From: a virus
DNA length: 64,000 nucleotides
Direction: 5' to 3' (one strand)
IMG/VR virus record: IMGVR_UViG_3300032322_001315
Span: 1 to 64,000 of that record
Shown: positions 55,843 to 64,000 of the stretch, one piece after another
How the letters are laid out: each line of letters starts with the position of its first letter
How positions within the stretch are numbered: the first letter of the stretch is position 1
Notes under the pieces: model-generated
Database searches by the model: none
Seen by the model: only the letters and a program-made list of their open reading frames with translations
What the model was told of the DNA's origin: nothing
Position numbers and translations under genes: made by a program

Positions 55843-56981
55843 GATAAAATATACTCTCTCAAGTTTTCATTTGTAATAACATCAATAACGAGATGAATTC
55901 TTTTTTCATCACCATTGTTTACTACCATGTGAGGTTTGCGTGTGTCTAAAAACCAACACTCACCAACTTTCATGTTTACTTCTTTTCTGTTTCCGTTTGG
56001 TTCCCATACCACAAATTCAACTTTGTCGTTGGTAACAATAGGAAAGTGCAGGCGAGCAAGTTTACCGATAGAACCGCCTGAATCAGGGTCGACCTGGTCG
56101 GTGTGTCTACTGAGTTCACCACCACCAGGAGCAAGAGACATAAAGCGGATCCGATGTATGCCTTGTAATTCAAACCGTCTGATGAGTTCATCGACTTCTG
56201 GAAAATCTTTTCGAAGATGCGTATCCTGCAATTCAAAATGTTCATCTTTGTGCTCCTCTTTCCATTTATCATTCATCTCAATTGGTTTTTCAATCCTCAT
56301 TATATCTGGAGTATAACCTCTCAATGAGATTGCTGACCAAGACTTACCTTTGTTGTAATTGCTGTAATGATTTTGAAATTCAATGTTTAGTGATTCCAAT
56401 TTAGTTTTAATAGAGTTTATAAGATTAGAATCTACATCACAGATTTTTGTGATTGCAACATTATGTGTTGCATCAATATTCGTGTGTTCTCGGGGAAACA
56501 ACGCATTCTTTTCATCTTTAAAGTATACACCAAAAATTTCACCAAAAGAGGTAATCTTGCTACCTACTTTGATAAAGTGTTTTTCGATGATACTTTTTGT
56601 TGCAACATCTTCTTCCCAAATAAACAACCATACTGCATTCTTTTGATTGATGTGGATGTTCTCACAAAAATTTTCAATGAACTTATCTGTTCCTCTGAGA
56701 TTTGTGATAACAATATCGCCTTTTTCTTTTGTGCCTATTACCACATCTTGATACATTGTAATAGGTTTTCTGACTTTTGTCAAGCGATATGTGTAAGAAC
56801 CTTCGTTCTCAAAAACAATCTTGCCTTCGTGTAAGTCTTGTGCTATGTTGTTTTTCTTGTATGCAGTAAACGGAGATAGACTGTACTTATTATAATTTTC
56901 GTAAAGTTTTTCTATCGATTTCAGATAATCAAGTTCGTACCCGTGTTGCCATGGCTTTTGTTGCTTTTCTAAATCTTGCAT
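55839..56981 (-). CDS. 2OG-Fe(II) dioxygenase (Asp/Asn beta-hydroxylase-like) with extra N-terminal domain
   Basis: HTD...RLHFPI.TN...KPH..VN...RIHLVID. Confidence 0.75.
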   Translation of the reverse strand: MQDLEKQQKPWQHGYELDYLKSIEKLYENYNKYSLSPFTAYKKNNIAQDLHEGKIVFENEGSYTYRLTKVRKPITMYQDVVIGTKEKGDIVITNLRGTDKFIENFCENIHINQKNAVWLFIWEEDVATKSIIEKHFIKVGSKITSFGEIFGVYFKDEKNALFPREHTNIDATHNVAITKICDVDSNLINSIKTKLESLNIEFQNHYSNYNKGKSWSAISLRGYTPDIMRIEKPIEMNDKWKEEHKDEHFELQDTHLRKDFPEVDELIRRFELQGIHRIRFMSLAPGGGELSRHTDQVDPDSGGSIGKLARLHFPIVTNDKVEFVVWEPNGNRKEVNMKVGECWFLDTRKPHMVVNNGDEKRIHLVIDVITNENLREYILS

Positions 56982-57537
56982 AGAGTTTGTTCCTTTTCTT
57001 CAATCCAGATTGTAGTGCTAGAGGTTTTGCTTTTTTCGTAAACACAATACCATTCATATGGTCGTATTCATGAAGAAATACTCTAGCAGACAGTCCAGAA
57101 AATGTTACGGTCTTCTTCTCGCCGGTGAAATCTTGATATTCAACGACAATACTTTCTGGTCTGGATATATTTAGGAACAATTGTGGAAAAGACAGACACC
57201 CTTCTGACATATGTACCATTGTCATAGATTCATCAATAATCTTGGGATTGAAGAATGCAACATACTCTCCTTCTGGGTCTCCCATGACGAACACTCGATA
57301 TTTAAATCCGCATTGATTTGCAGATAGACCCAATCCTCTATGTTGCTTACAAGTTTCTACTAGAGCAGATGCAAATTCATTTGGATTATAAGGAGGATTT
57401 TCAAAATTAAAATCTTCCAACTTTTGAGTAAGCACAGGATCATTTTCTTGAACTAACTTAAAAGTTGTAATCTTTTGAGTTTCAATTCTTCCTTTTACCG
57501 CATCAGCTGTATCAAAAACAAAAAAATCATTACTCAT
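56929..57537 (-). CDS. def: Peptide deformylase
   Basis: GLGLSANQ, EGCLS, HEYDH..G. Confidence 0.93.
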   Translation of the reverse strand: MSNDFFVFDTADAVKGRIETQKITTFKLVQENDPVLTQKLEDFNFENPPYNPNEFASALVETCKQHRGLGLSANQCGFKYRVFVMGDPEGEYVAFFNPKIIDESMTMVHMSEGCLSFPQLFLNISRPESIVVEYQDFTGEKKTVTFSGLSARVFLHEYDHMNGIVFTKKAKPLALQSGLKKRNKLYARFRKATKAMATRVRT

Positions 57538-59249
57538 TATGCTATCCTACTAAAGTTGTTTTTCTTTTCAAATCGAACGACCGAGCGGAACTTATCGAAC
57601 AACTGGTCTCCTTTATGACTGATAACAAATACGTTTGTATCGTTTCCAATATCATACATCAACTTCAAAAATTCTTCTGTGCCTCCAACATCAAGACTGC
57701 TATCAAACACTTCATCAAGAACCAAAAGATTTGTGTTTGTGCTATTCTTTAATTTTGCAATTTGTCTCCAAGTAAACAGAATAGCAAGGTCAATACGCAT
57801 CTTCTCGCCTTCAGAGAAGTTGTTATAACTGAAATCGTCTCTATGTCTAGATTTGATTGTTTCTTCAAAACTCTCATTCAAGTTAAAGTTAATAAATGAG
57901 TCCATTGAGGTCAAATATTTATTAATCAACTTATTAATAATCGGCAAATATTGCTTGATTATTTTAGTCTTGATACCTGTATCTTTTAATAGATTGGACG
58001 CAAAATCGCAATACTGTTTCTCTGTTGAAAGTTCTTTTTGTTTTTCTTTAAGTGTTTCTAACTGTTGATTCAACTCTTTCAATTGTTCATCTTCATTAAC
58101 TGAACTGATTTTCTTCAGAGATAGAATTCTGATATCTTCATTCAGTTTTGTAATATACTTATTGATTGCAAGAATAGAAGAATTGTGCTTTACGATTTCA
58201 GAATTGTGTGAGTTTATGTCCTGAGTTATTTTTACGATTTCTTTTATGCGGGCATCGACTTTCTGAATTTCACTTTGAATTTGTTCAAGTCCAGTCTTTT
58301 GTTCATTTGCCTTATCTTGTCTTTCTTTAATTTGACTTGCTTTAAATTCTTCTTCAATATTTTGTCTGCAAGTAGGACAGTTATCATTTTCATGATAGAA
58401 CTCAATGTCCTTCTCAATCTTCGAAATATTGTTTTCAATCTTGGATTCTAATTGAATCAGTTTTTTATTCTTCAATTCAGTCGATGTTTTATCATCTATG
58501 CTTTTCATCATAGCATCAATGTGCTTCTGAATCAATTCAATTTCAGATTGAAGTTTTGTTACATGCTCTTCATTTTCTTTGAGTTCTTTTTGTTTTTCTA
58601 CAATTTCTTCTTCTTTGTTCTTTTCACCTTCTTCAAGATGCTGAAGTTTCATCTTGATTTTTGCTTCAGTCAAGTCTAGGTCATATTTTAGTTGTGCTGA
58701 AGAATCTTTTAGTTCTACCATCTTTTGCTTCAGCAGAGTATTCATTGAAGAGAAGATTTGAATATCGAGAAGGTCTTCAATGATTGCTCTGCGGTCAGCA
58801 GCAGAAAGTTGCATGAACGGAGTAAATGACGCAGACCCCAGAATAACAATCTGGGTGAACGACTTATAGTTCAACTTCAAAATACTCTTCTCTAGAACCT
58901 CTTGATAGTCTCTAGATGCTGCATCTTGATTGAGAAGTTTGCCGTCAATATGAATTTCAAAAACGCTAGGTTTGATACCACGAACGACTTTGTAATTCTT
59001 GTTGCCTATCGTGAATTCAATCTCAACAACGCAATCTCTTTCATTGATGGAGTTCAGCAGTTGTGGTTTATTGATTTTACGATAAGGCTTACCAAAAAGA
59101 CCAAACGTTAATGCATCAAGAATGGTCGACTTACCCGAACCATTATTGCCGATGATTAATGTGTTTGGTGAACGAGTTAAATCTATTTCAGTAAAAACAT
59201 TGCCGGTACTGAGCAGATTCTTCCATCTTACTTTTTCAAAAATAATCAT
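57537..59249 (-). CDS. 46: SbcC/Rad50-like recombination ATPase (gp46)
   Basis: GNNGSGKS, CPTC hook, FSEGEK, LDE.FDSSLD, SH. Confidence 0.95.
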   Translation of the reverse strand: MIIFEKVRWKNLLSTGNVFTEIDLTRSPNTLIIGNNGSGKSTILDALTFGLFGKPYRKINKPQLLNSINERDCVVEIEFTIGNKNYKVVRGIKPSVFEIHIDGKLLNQDAASRDYQEVLEKSILKLNYKSFTQIVILGSASFTPFMQLSAADRRAIIEDLLDIQIFSSMNTLLKQKMVELKDSSAQLKYDLDLTEAKIKMKLQHLEEGEKNKEEEIVEKQKELKENEEHVTKLQSEIELIQKHIDAMMKSIDDKTSTELKNKKLIQLESKIENNISKIEKDIEFYHENDNCPTCRQNIEEEFKASQIKERQDKANEQKTGLEQIQSEIQKVDARIKEIVKITQDINSHNSEIVKHNSSILAINKYITKLNEDIRILSLKKISSVNEDEQLKELNQQLETLKEKQKELSTEKQYCDFASNLLKDTGIKTKIIKQYLPIINKLINKYLTSMDSFINFNLNESFEETIKSRHRDDFSYNNFSEGEKMRIDLAILFTWRQIAKLKNSTNTNLLVLDEVFDSSLDVGGTEEFLKLMYDIGNDTNVFVISHKGDQLFDKFRSVVRFEKKNNFSRIA

Positions 59250-60328
59250 GCTTGTTCTAAGTTAAGTGCTTCAATATAAAGTTCTTTGAGAACGGTCTTG
59301 AGTTTGTTTCCGTCGATGTGTTCATGTTCAATCGAATCAACATATGTGTTTAGAATAGTCAAAGTGTCTTCTGCCTGTTCTACTATATCATCATCTACGC
59401 CTTCTGTCAAGGCAGAAAAGTCTTCAACAATGCTAACGTCTGACGGGCCTGCCTGGTAGATATTGTTGATAAACACATCAAACAAATAAGGATTTGTCTT
59501 GTTAACAACCACAACCTTTATGTACTTGTTTGCATAATCATAGAATTCTTGAGTTGCGATTGTAGTAATATCATTCTTTTTATCATCGTACACAAGACGA
59601 ACAAACATTTCGTAAGGATTAATCACAAACTCAAGTTCTCTAGTTTTCAAATCAAGAATATGAAATCCTCTTTGGTCGCCATAGTCTTGCCATGTCAATG
59701 GATATGGATTGCCAAGATAATAGATTCCATTTTGATTTGACTTGTGATGATAGTGACCAGAGAACGTCATGTCGAATTTCTGAAAAATATTCTGAGGTAG
59801 TCCTTCTTCAGAATGAGCACCTCGATACATCGCAAAACCTTCAATCTCAAAGTGACCGCAGCAGATAGTTGCCTTAGTGTGCTTCATTATATCAAGACAT
59901 TGACTGTAGTTATCTGCACACATCCAAGGAATCATGCAAACGTCATCTGATTCATTTTCATAGTTCAAATGTATAACTTGAGGAGAATCAATAACATTGA
60001 CATTATCGTATTCTCTTAGAAGCAAATCGGCAGAGTTTACATCATTTGTGTTTTTATAATATGTGTCATGATTACCTGCAAGCATATGAACTTGAATATT
60101 CTCTTGTGCAAGAACATCAAAAAACATTTGCTTTGCACGTTGCAGCGAATAAAAATTAATATACTTTCTGCGGTCAAATGTATCACCAAGAATCAATAAC
60201 GTGGTGATACCTTCTTCCTTCAACTTTGGAAAAAACACATTACGATAAAACTTTTCATAATAGTCTAGAAAATTTACAGAATCATTTCTAGCACCAAAAT
60301 GTTGGTCGGTAATTAATGCAACTTTCAC
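59246..60328 (-). CDS. 47: Mre11/SbcD-like nuclease (gp47)
   Basis: TDQHFG, GDTFD, GNHD, SGHYH. Confidence 0.95.
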   Translation of the reverse strand: MKVALITDQHFGARNDSVNFLDYYEKFYRNVFFPKLKEEGITTLLILGDTFDRRKYINFYSLQRAKQMFFDVLAQENIQVHMLAGNHDTYYKNTNDVNSADLLLREYDNVNVIDSPQVIHLNYENESDDVCMIPWMCADNYSQCLDIMKHTKATICCGHFEIEGFAMYRGAHSEEGLPQNIFQKFDMTFSGHYHHKSNQNGIYYLGNPYPLTWQDYGDQRGFHILDLKTRELEFVINPYEMFVRLVYDDKKNDITTIATQEFYDYANKYIKVVVVNKTNPYLFDVFINNIYQAGPSDVSIVEDFSALTEGVDDDIVEQAEDTLTILNTYVDSIEHEHIDGNKLKTVLKELYIEALNLEQA

Positions 60329-60765
60329 TTTTTTCCTTTTTCGAGTTTAGAAACTTCTGCATCATAAACTCTTTTTCTTAGATTCGAACTGCTATATGGA
60401 TGTTCTCTTTCGTGATAGAACAATTCTATGCCGTGGTCCAAACACCATTGCTTTGCCGTACAATCTTTGGTCTTGTATTCATCACCAAGAAAACGAATAT
60501 CAATGTGCTGAGTCTTAAAGATATTGAGTAAATCATCTTCTGTAGCATATACAAGAACCTCATCAACATATCTACAAGCAGAAACTTGTGCATACCGTTC
60601 ATAGATAGATTGAACAGGTTTATTTTTTGTTTCTGGTCTATCAATAGTAGGATCGACTTGAATAGCAACAATCAAGTAATCGCATAGTCTTTTTTCTTCT
60701 TTCAACATTGTTACATGACCAGCATGAAACAAATCAAACGTGCTACAATTGAACCCTATCTTCAT
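60325..60765 (-). CDS. tagD: Glycerol-3-phosphate cytidylyltransferase-like
   Basis: FDLFHAGH, KNKPVQS..ER, YSSS.LR. Confidence 0.8.
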   Translation of the reverse strand: MKIGFNCSTFDLFHAGHVTMLKEEKRLCDYLIVAIQVDPTIDRPETKNKPVQSIYERYAQVSACRYVDEVLVYATEDDLLNIFKTQHIDIRFLGDEYKTKDCTAKQWCLDHGIELFYHEREHPYSSSNLRKRVYDAEVSKLEKGKK

Positions 60766-60771
60766 AGTATA

Positions 60772-61305
60772 TCACTCCTCAACAAAATTTTCAATACCTT
60801 TTGGTTTGTTTGCCTTTTTCTTTTTTCGTCTGGATTCTTCGTAGTTGTGAATGAACTCAGATATATTGTCATAAAGTTCAAATTGTCTTGACGTACCATC
60901 ATCAAATTCTAACATTTCAAATTCGTCCATAATACCTATATGTTCGGTAGACTTATATTTGACATATAGTTGTTTCTTTTCTTTATCAATTCTTCTGAGA
61001 AATGCATAGTGAATGATTTGAGTAAAGTATGCGAAAGGATTACTTGATTTTGCTGGATCAAAATTTTCAAAATACATCAGACAGTTTTCTATACCGTCAG
61101 ATACCATTTCTTCACGATAGGTATAATTGATAAAGTTTGGTCGATGGGAGTATCCTTCGGCAATCTTTAGAAAACATTCACCCACATAGTTGGGTATTGG
61201 TGGTTTTGGTTTTCCTTCAGTCTTTGCTTGTTTGCATTTCTCCTTGTAATCTACCAATACTTTGAGAAAATCTTTGTTGTTTACATAGTGTGTGTTCTTT
61301 GCCAT
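60772..61305 (-). CDS. 55: Late-transcription sigma factor (gp55)
   Basis: HYVNN, RPNF.NY.Y, DGIENCL.Y, NPFAYFTQI..AFLRRI.KEK. Confidence 0.95.
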   Translation of the reverse strand: MAKNTHYVNNKDFLKVLVDYKEKCKQAKTEGKPKPPIPNYVGECFLKIAEGYSHRPNFINYTYREEMVSDGIENCLMYFENFDPAKSSNPFAYFTQIIHYAFLRRIDKEKKQLYVKYKSTEHIGIMDEFEMLEFDDGTSRQFELYDNISEFIHNYEESRRKKKKANKPKGIENFVEE

Positions 61306-61324
61306 AATATTTCACGGATTCCTC

Positions 61325-61353
61325 TTGACAAGTGCTTGACAACAACATACAAT
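61325..61353 (+). promoter_or_regulatory. Near-consensus sigma70 promoter antisense to the uvsW operon
   Basis: TTGACA(61325)-17 bp-TACAAT(61348); second TTGACA in spacer. Confidence 0.65.
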
Positions 61354-61394
61354 GAGTATGTCCTGTTTGATGCTGATAAAAGGATTAGCTAATA

Positions 61395-61778
61395 CTAATG
61401 TAGATTCTTTTGTTCAGGATTTAACTGAAAGAGCTTCCACATATTAACTAACTCTTCTTCATTCATTTTACTAATTTGTTCTTTTGTTTCTTCTCTGTCA
61501 GAGAGCAGTTGCAGTTGACTTTCATAAAATTCAAAGAAGTCTTCACTTGGTATCATCTCAAAGAGAATCTCATTTCTATCAATTGTAATTTCATTTACTG
61601 CAAGTATAGGAATAGGTAACCAATGAAACATACTAACATAATCTTTCTTGTCATTTTTTTCTGTTGAGATTTCAACTACCATTGGTTCTTTTATTTTTAG
61701 AGTAAAGCCATCTTCGTCTATAACGTTAGCGATAATGTCTTCTCCGTTTTTTAATCTGAACATTTTGATGTTATGCAT
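61395..61778 (-). CDS. Conserved hypothetical downstream of uvsW
   Basis: RL.NGEDIIA, WLP; synteny. Confidence 0.65.
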   Translation of the reverse strand: MHNIKMFRLKNGEDIIANVIDEDGFTLKIKEPMVVEISTEKNDKKDYVSMFHWLPIPILAVNEITIDRNEILFEMIPSEDFFEFYESQLQLLSDREETKEQISKMNEEELVNMWKLFQLNPEQKNLH

Positions 61779-63273
61779 TTTTTAATCCTATCTTATAGAG
61801 TTTATAAGGAAAATGTTCTTCATTATATATCTTGACACGTTCAACGAAATGTTTTAGAGTATAGTTCATGTGTTTGCCTACTCTTAAATCATCTGCAATG
61901 TCATACAATGTTGCTATTTCTTTTCCTTCTGATTGTCTGAGTCCTCTTCCAATACTTTGAAGGTTTCTAACTCTGCTTTTAGATGGTGAAGCAAATATAA
62001 TGTTATGAAGATTTCTTATATTGATGCCTGTGCTAAATGTACCAAATGAAGCAACAACAATAGCATCTTTTTCTTTCTCCATAATTTTTCTTATATTTTC
62101 TCTATCCGCTGTCTCTGTATTACCATAAACAAAAAATACTTTACGACCATTTAAATTTTTTGAATTTAATAATAAATCATACAGGATTTTGCCATGCTTG
62201 TCAACATATTGGAAAAGAATTAAGGTATTCCTACCGAGAGACAATGCTAGGTTTTTTATAAATTTGTTTCTGGAGTCACTCCCAACAAGGTAATCGATTT
62301 CTTCCTGATATGTTTTCTGTTTCATTTCCTTACAAATTTCTTCGTCATGTTTCAATACTAAACATTTGATGCGAAATTCTGCAAGTTGCTTGTTCTCGAT
62401 TAACTCCTTTGTTGTTATTAGTTTTTCTGCTGGTCCGAATAATCCTTCAAGTACAAGTTTGTGAGTTTTTGTACCATCCAATGTTCCTGTAAGTCCAATA
62501 CGATACTTAGTGTTGGTACACGCAGTCATTATTGTAGTAAGGGATTGTGCTTTGAAGAGGTGTGCTTCATCTCCTATGATGTAATCAAACTGCTGAAAAT
62601 ATTCTTTAGGGAGTTGATAGAGAGACTGCCACGTGGAAATAATTAACTTCTTACTTGAGTATTTATCTTTTCCTTGATATACTTTGTGTATATTGTCTTC
62701 AACGCTGAAGCCATTCGCAGACGAATAATCTGCGAAATCGGAATATAGTTGCTCAACAAGAGAAGTAGTTGGAACAATTATTAGCCCTTTATAGTTCTTG
62801 TAATCTATCATTTGACGTATAATTAGATATATCATCAATGATTTACCGGATGCTGTAGGGGATAATAACAATGCTCTTTTGTGCCTCATAGTATGCACAA
62901 ATGCATTTAACTGATAGTCACGAACTTCTATCGGTTGTCCTCGTCCATGAATATTTAGTTCGTCAGTAAATTTTTTTGCTAGAACTAGAGAATAATCTTC
63001 AGTTAAGTCTGGTCTTGGGTCATCGTATTGTATTGTATAACTTCTTTCTTCTGCAAACGATTCGATGTAAGACAGTAATCCAAGATACAAAGTATTAGTT
63101 CTTAAATCGAATAGACGTATCTTTCCATCCCAGATGCGATTGCGAAATGCTGGTGTGAATTGATATCCGGGTACAAAGAATGTGAAATACTCTGAAAGTT
63201 CTTTTGCTAAGTGTCTTTCACATTCTACTGTAACATATACCTCATTTAGTTTGCGTATTGTTAAATCATGCAT
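61771..63273 (-). CDS. uvsW: DNA helicase UvsW
   Basis: WDGKIRL, PTASGKS, GDEAH, GLTGT, QSIGRGLR. Confidence 0.95.
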   Translation of the reverse strand: MHDLTIRKLNEVYVTVECERHLAKELSEYFTFFVPGYQFTPAFRNRIWDGKIRLFDLRTNTLYLGLLSYIESFAEERSYTIQYDDPRPDLTEDYSLVLAKKFTDELNIHGRGQPIEVRDYQLNAFVHTMRHKRALLLSPTASGKSLMIYLIIRQMIDYKNYKGLIIVPTTSLVEQLYSDFADYSSANGFSVEDNIHKVYQGKDKYSSKKLIISTWQSLYQLPKEYFQQFDYIIGDEAHLFKAQSLTTIMTACTNTKYRIGLTGTLDGTKTHKLVLEGLFGPAEKLITTKELIENKQLAEFRIKCLVLKHDEEICKEMKQKTYQEEIDYLVGSDSRNKFIKNLALSLGRNTLILFQYVDKHGKILYDLLLNSKNLNGRKVFFVYGNTETADRENIRKIMEKEKDAIVVASFGTFSTGINIRNLHNIIFASPSKSRVRNLQSIGRGLRQSEGKEIATLYDIADDLRVGKHMNYTLKHFVERVKIYNEEHFPYKLYKIGLKNA

Positions 63274-63276
63274 TAA

Positions 63277-63714
63277 CTAGTGTGCGCCATGTATAAATTT
63301 TTCCCATGCCATATATTCTTTGAGTTGCCAAGTTCTACTGTTCAACTCTTTTAGAATTGCTTCGCAAATACTTACTACCTCATCGTGATAGACCTTCTTT
63401 TCAAGAAGTCTAATCAAATCATTATCTGCTTCTAGATATGTAGTCACATCAGATTTGAGTGTATAACGAAATGGTTCCCAACCATGTTCCTCAAGTTCTT
63501 CTTGTGACATTTTACCTGTATAATATTCCCACTTAGTCTTACGCAGACGATTATAGTCAAACATTGCTTTCTTAGAGGCAAGTTTGTGACTAGAAAGAAT
63601 GTTCAAGTATTTGCTATGTAGAATAGGAATACGGACGATTGCTCTAGATGCTTCTGTTTCATCAACAACAGAATCCTGTGCCCAATATTCAAGAACCTTG
63701 TCTAACGTTTCCAT
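63277..63714 (-). CDS. uvsY: Recombination mediator UvsY
   Basis: W..DS, LHSKY, YYTGK, Y..AD; synteny. Confidence 0.9.
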   Translation of the reverse strand: METLDKVLEYWAQDSVVDETEASRAIVRIPILHSKYLNILSSHKLASKKAMFDYNRLRKTKWEYYTGKMSQEELEEHGWEPFRYTLKSDVTTYLEADNDLIRLLEKKVYHDEVVSICEAILKELNSRTWQLKEYMAWEKFIHGAH

Positions 63715-63740
63715 AATAAAAATCCTAAACTTAAAATTTC

Positions 63741-63769
63741 AGTATAACACAGATTGTATTAATCGTCAA
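63741..63769 (-). promoter_or_regulatory. sigma70 promoter for uvsY
   Basis: TTGACG-17 bp-TATACT. Confidence 0.75.
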
Positions 63770-64000
63770 CTAATTGTGCTGACTCTCAAATATGAAAATC
63801 TAAAGTTTGCCGTTGCAACTAATGGTGTGGTATTTTCATCTGTGGTAGTGAAATTGATTCCACTTAAATTTTCTGGAAACAAATCATAAAAATCTATAGT
63901 TATCTTTCTGTTATTAAGGGCACTTAAAATTTGCAAAGACCCATCAGAATATTGAGGTTTCTTAGAGTTCACAGTAAAAGGTGATAAATTTTTTAAATTT
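63766..64000 (-). CDS. 3: Tail completion/terminator gp3-like, 3' part (runs off window)
   Basis: SD..L.IL...N....F.DLFP..LS...F....ATA.F.F; open to the window edge; synteny with uvsY. Confidence 0.75.
   Translation of the reverse strand, partial: NLKNLSPFTVNSKKPQYSDGSLQILSALNNRKITIDFYDLFPENLSGINFTTTDENTTPLVATANFRFSYLRVSTIS

Noticed and set aside
2675-63889. Numerous short plus-strand and alternate-frame ORFs
   Set aside because: Antisense or frame shadows of well-supported minus-strand genes, without RBS or motifs.
1-64000. CRISPR array, integrase, transposase, reverse transcriptase
   Set aside because: No regularly spaced identical repeats or catalytic motifs seen by eye.
1-64000. Stop-codon reassignment
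   Set aside because: Core genes are full length in the standard code and no suppressor tRNA was seen.

Overview
64 kb of a large T4-like (Tevenvirinae/Kyanoviridae-type) myovirus genome. It is mostly AT-rich and almost entirely coded on the minus strand. Contents in order: (1) 1-1.4 kb, a GC-rich plus-strand cassette of small early genes, each behind a strong sigma70 promoter with a shared leader. (2) A non-coding strand-switch junction with hairpins. (3) A nucleotide-sugar/ADP-heptose module (rmlB, cupin, hldA, hldC, MazG-like, galE). (4) vWA peptidase, an MTase, RNase H, nrdAB, trx, thyX and primase. (5) A lysis cassette: GH19 endolysin, i-spanin with an embedded o-spanin missing from the ORF track, and holin. 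(6) A block of probable internal head proteins with capsid-targeting N-termini and protease-site-delimited cassettes. (7) A 10 kb nuclease-MTase-glycosyltransferase/deoxysugar cluster. (8) The T4 replication core (41, uvsX, 43, regA, 62, 44, 45, 46, 47, 55, uvsW, uvsY, partial 3), interleaved with five tRNAs, an orphan pqqA peptide, rubrerythrin, GroES, SpeD, dCMP deaminase, Hsp20, peptide deformylase and a dioxygenase-MTase-glycosyltransferase trio. pqqA suggests a PQQ-using proteobacterial host (inference). All calls rest on motif recognition by eye; no database searches were run.
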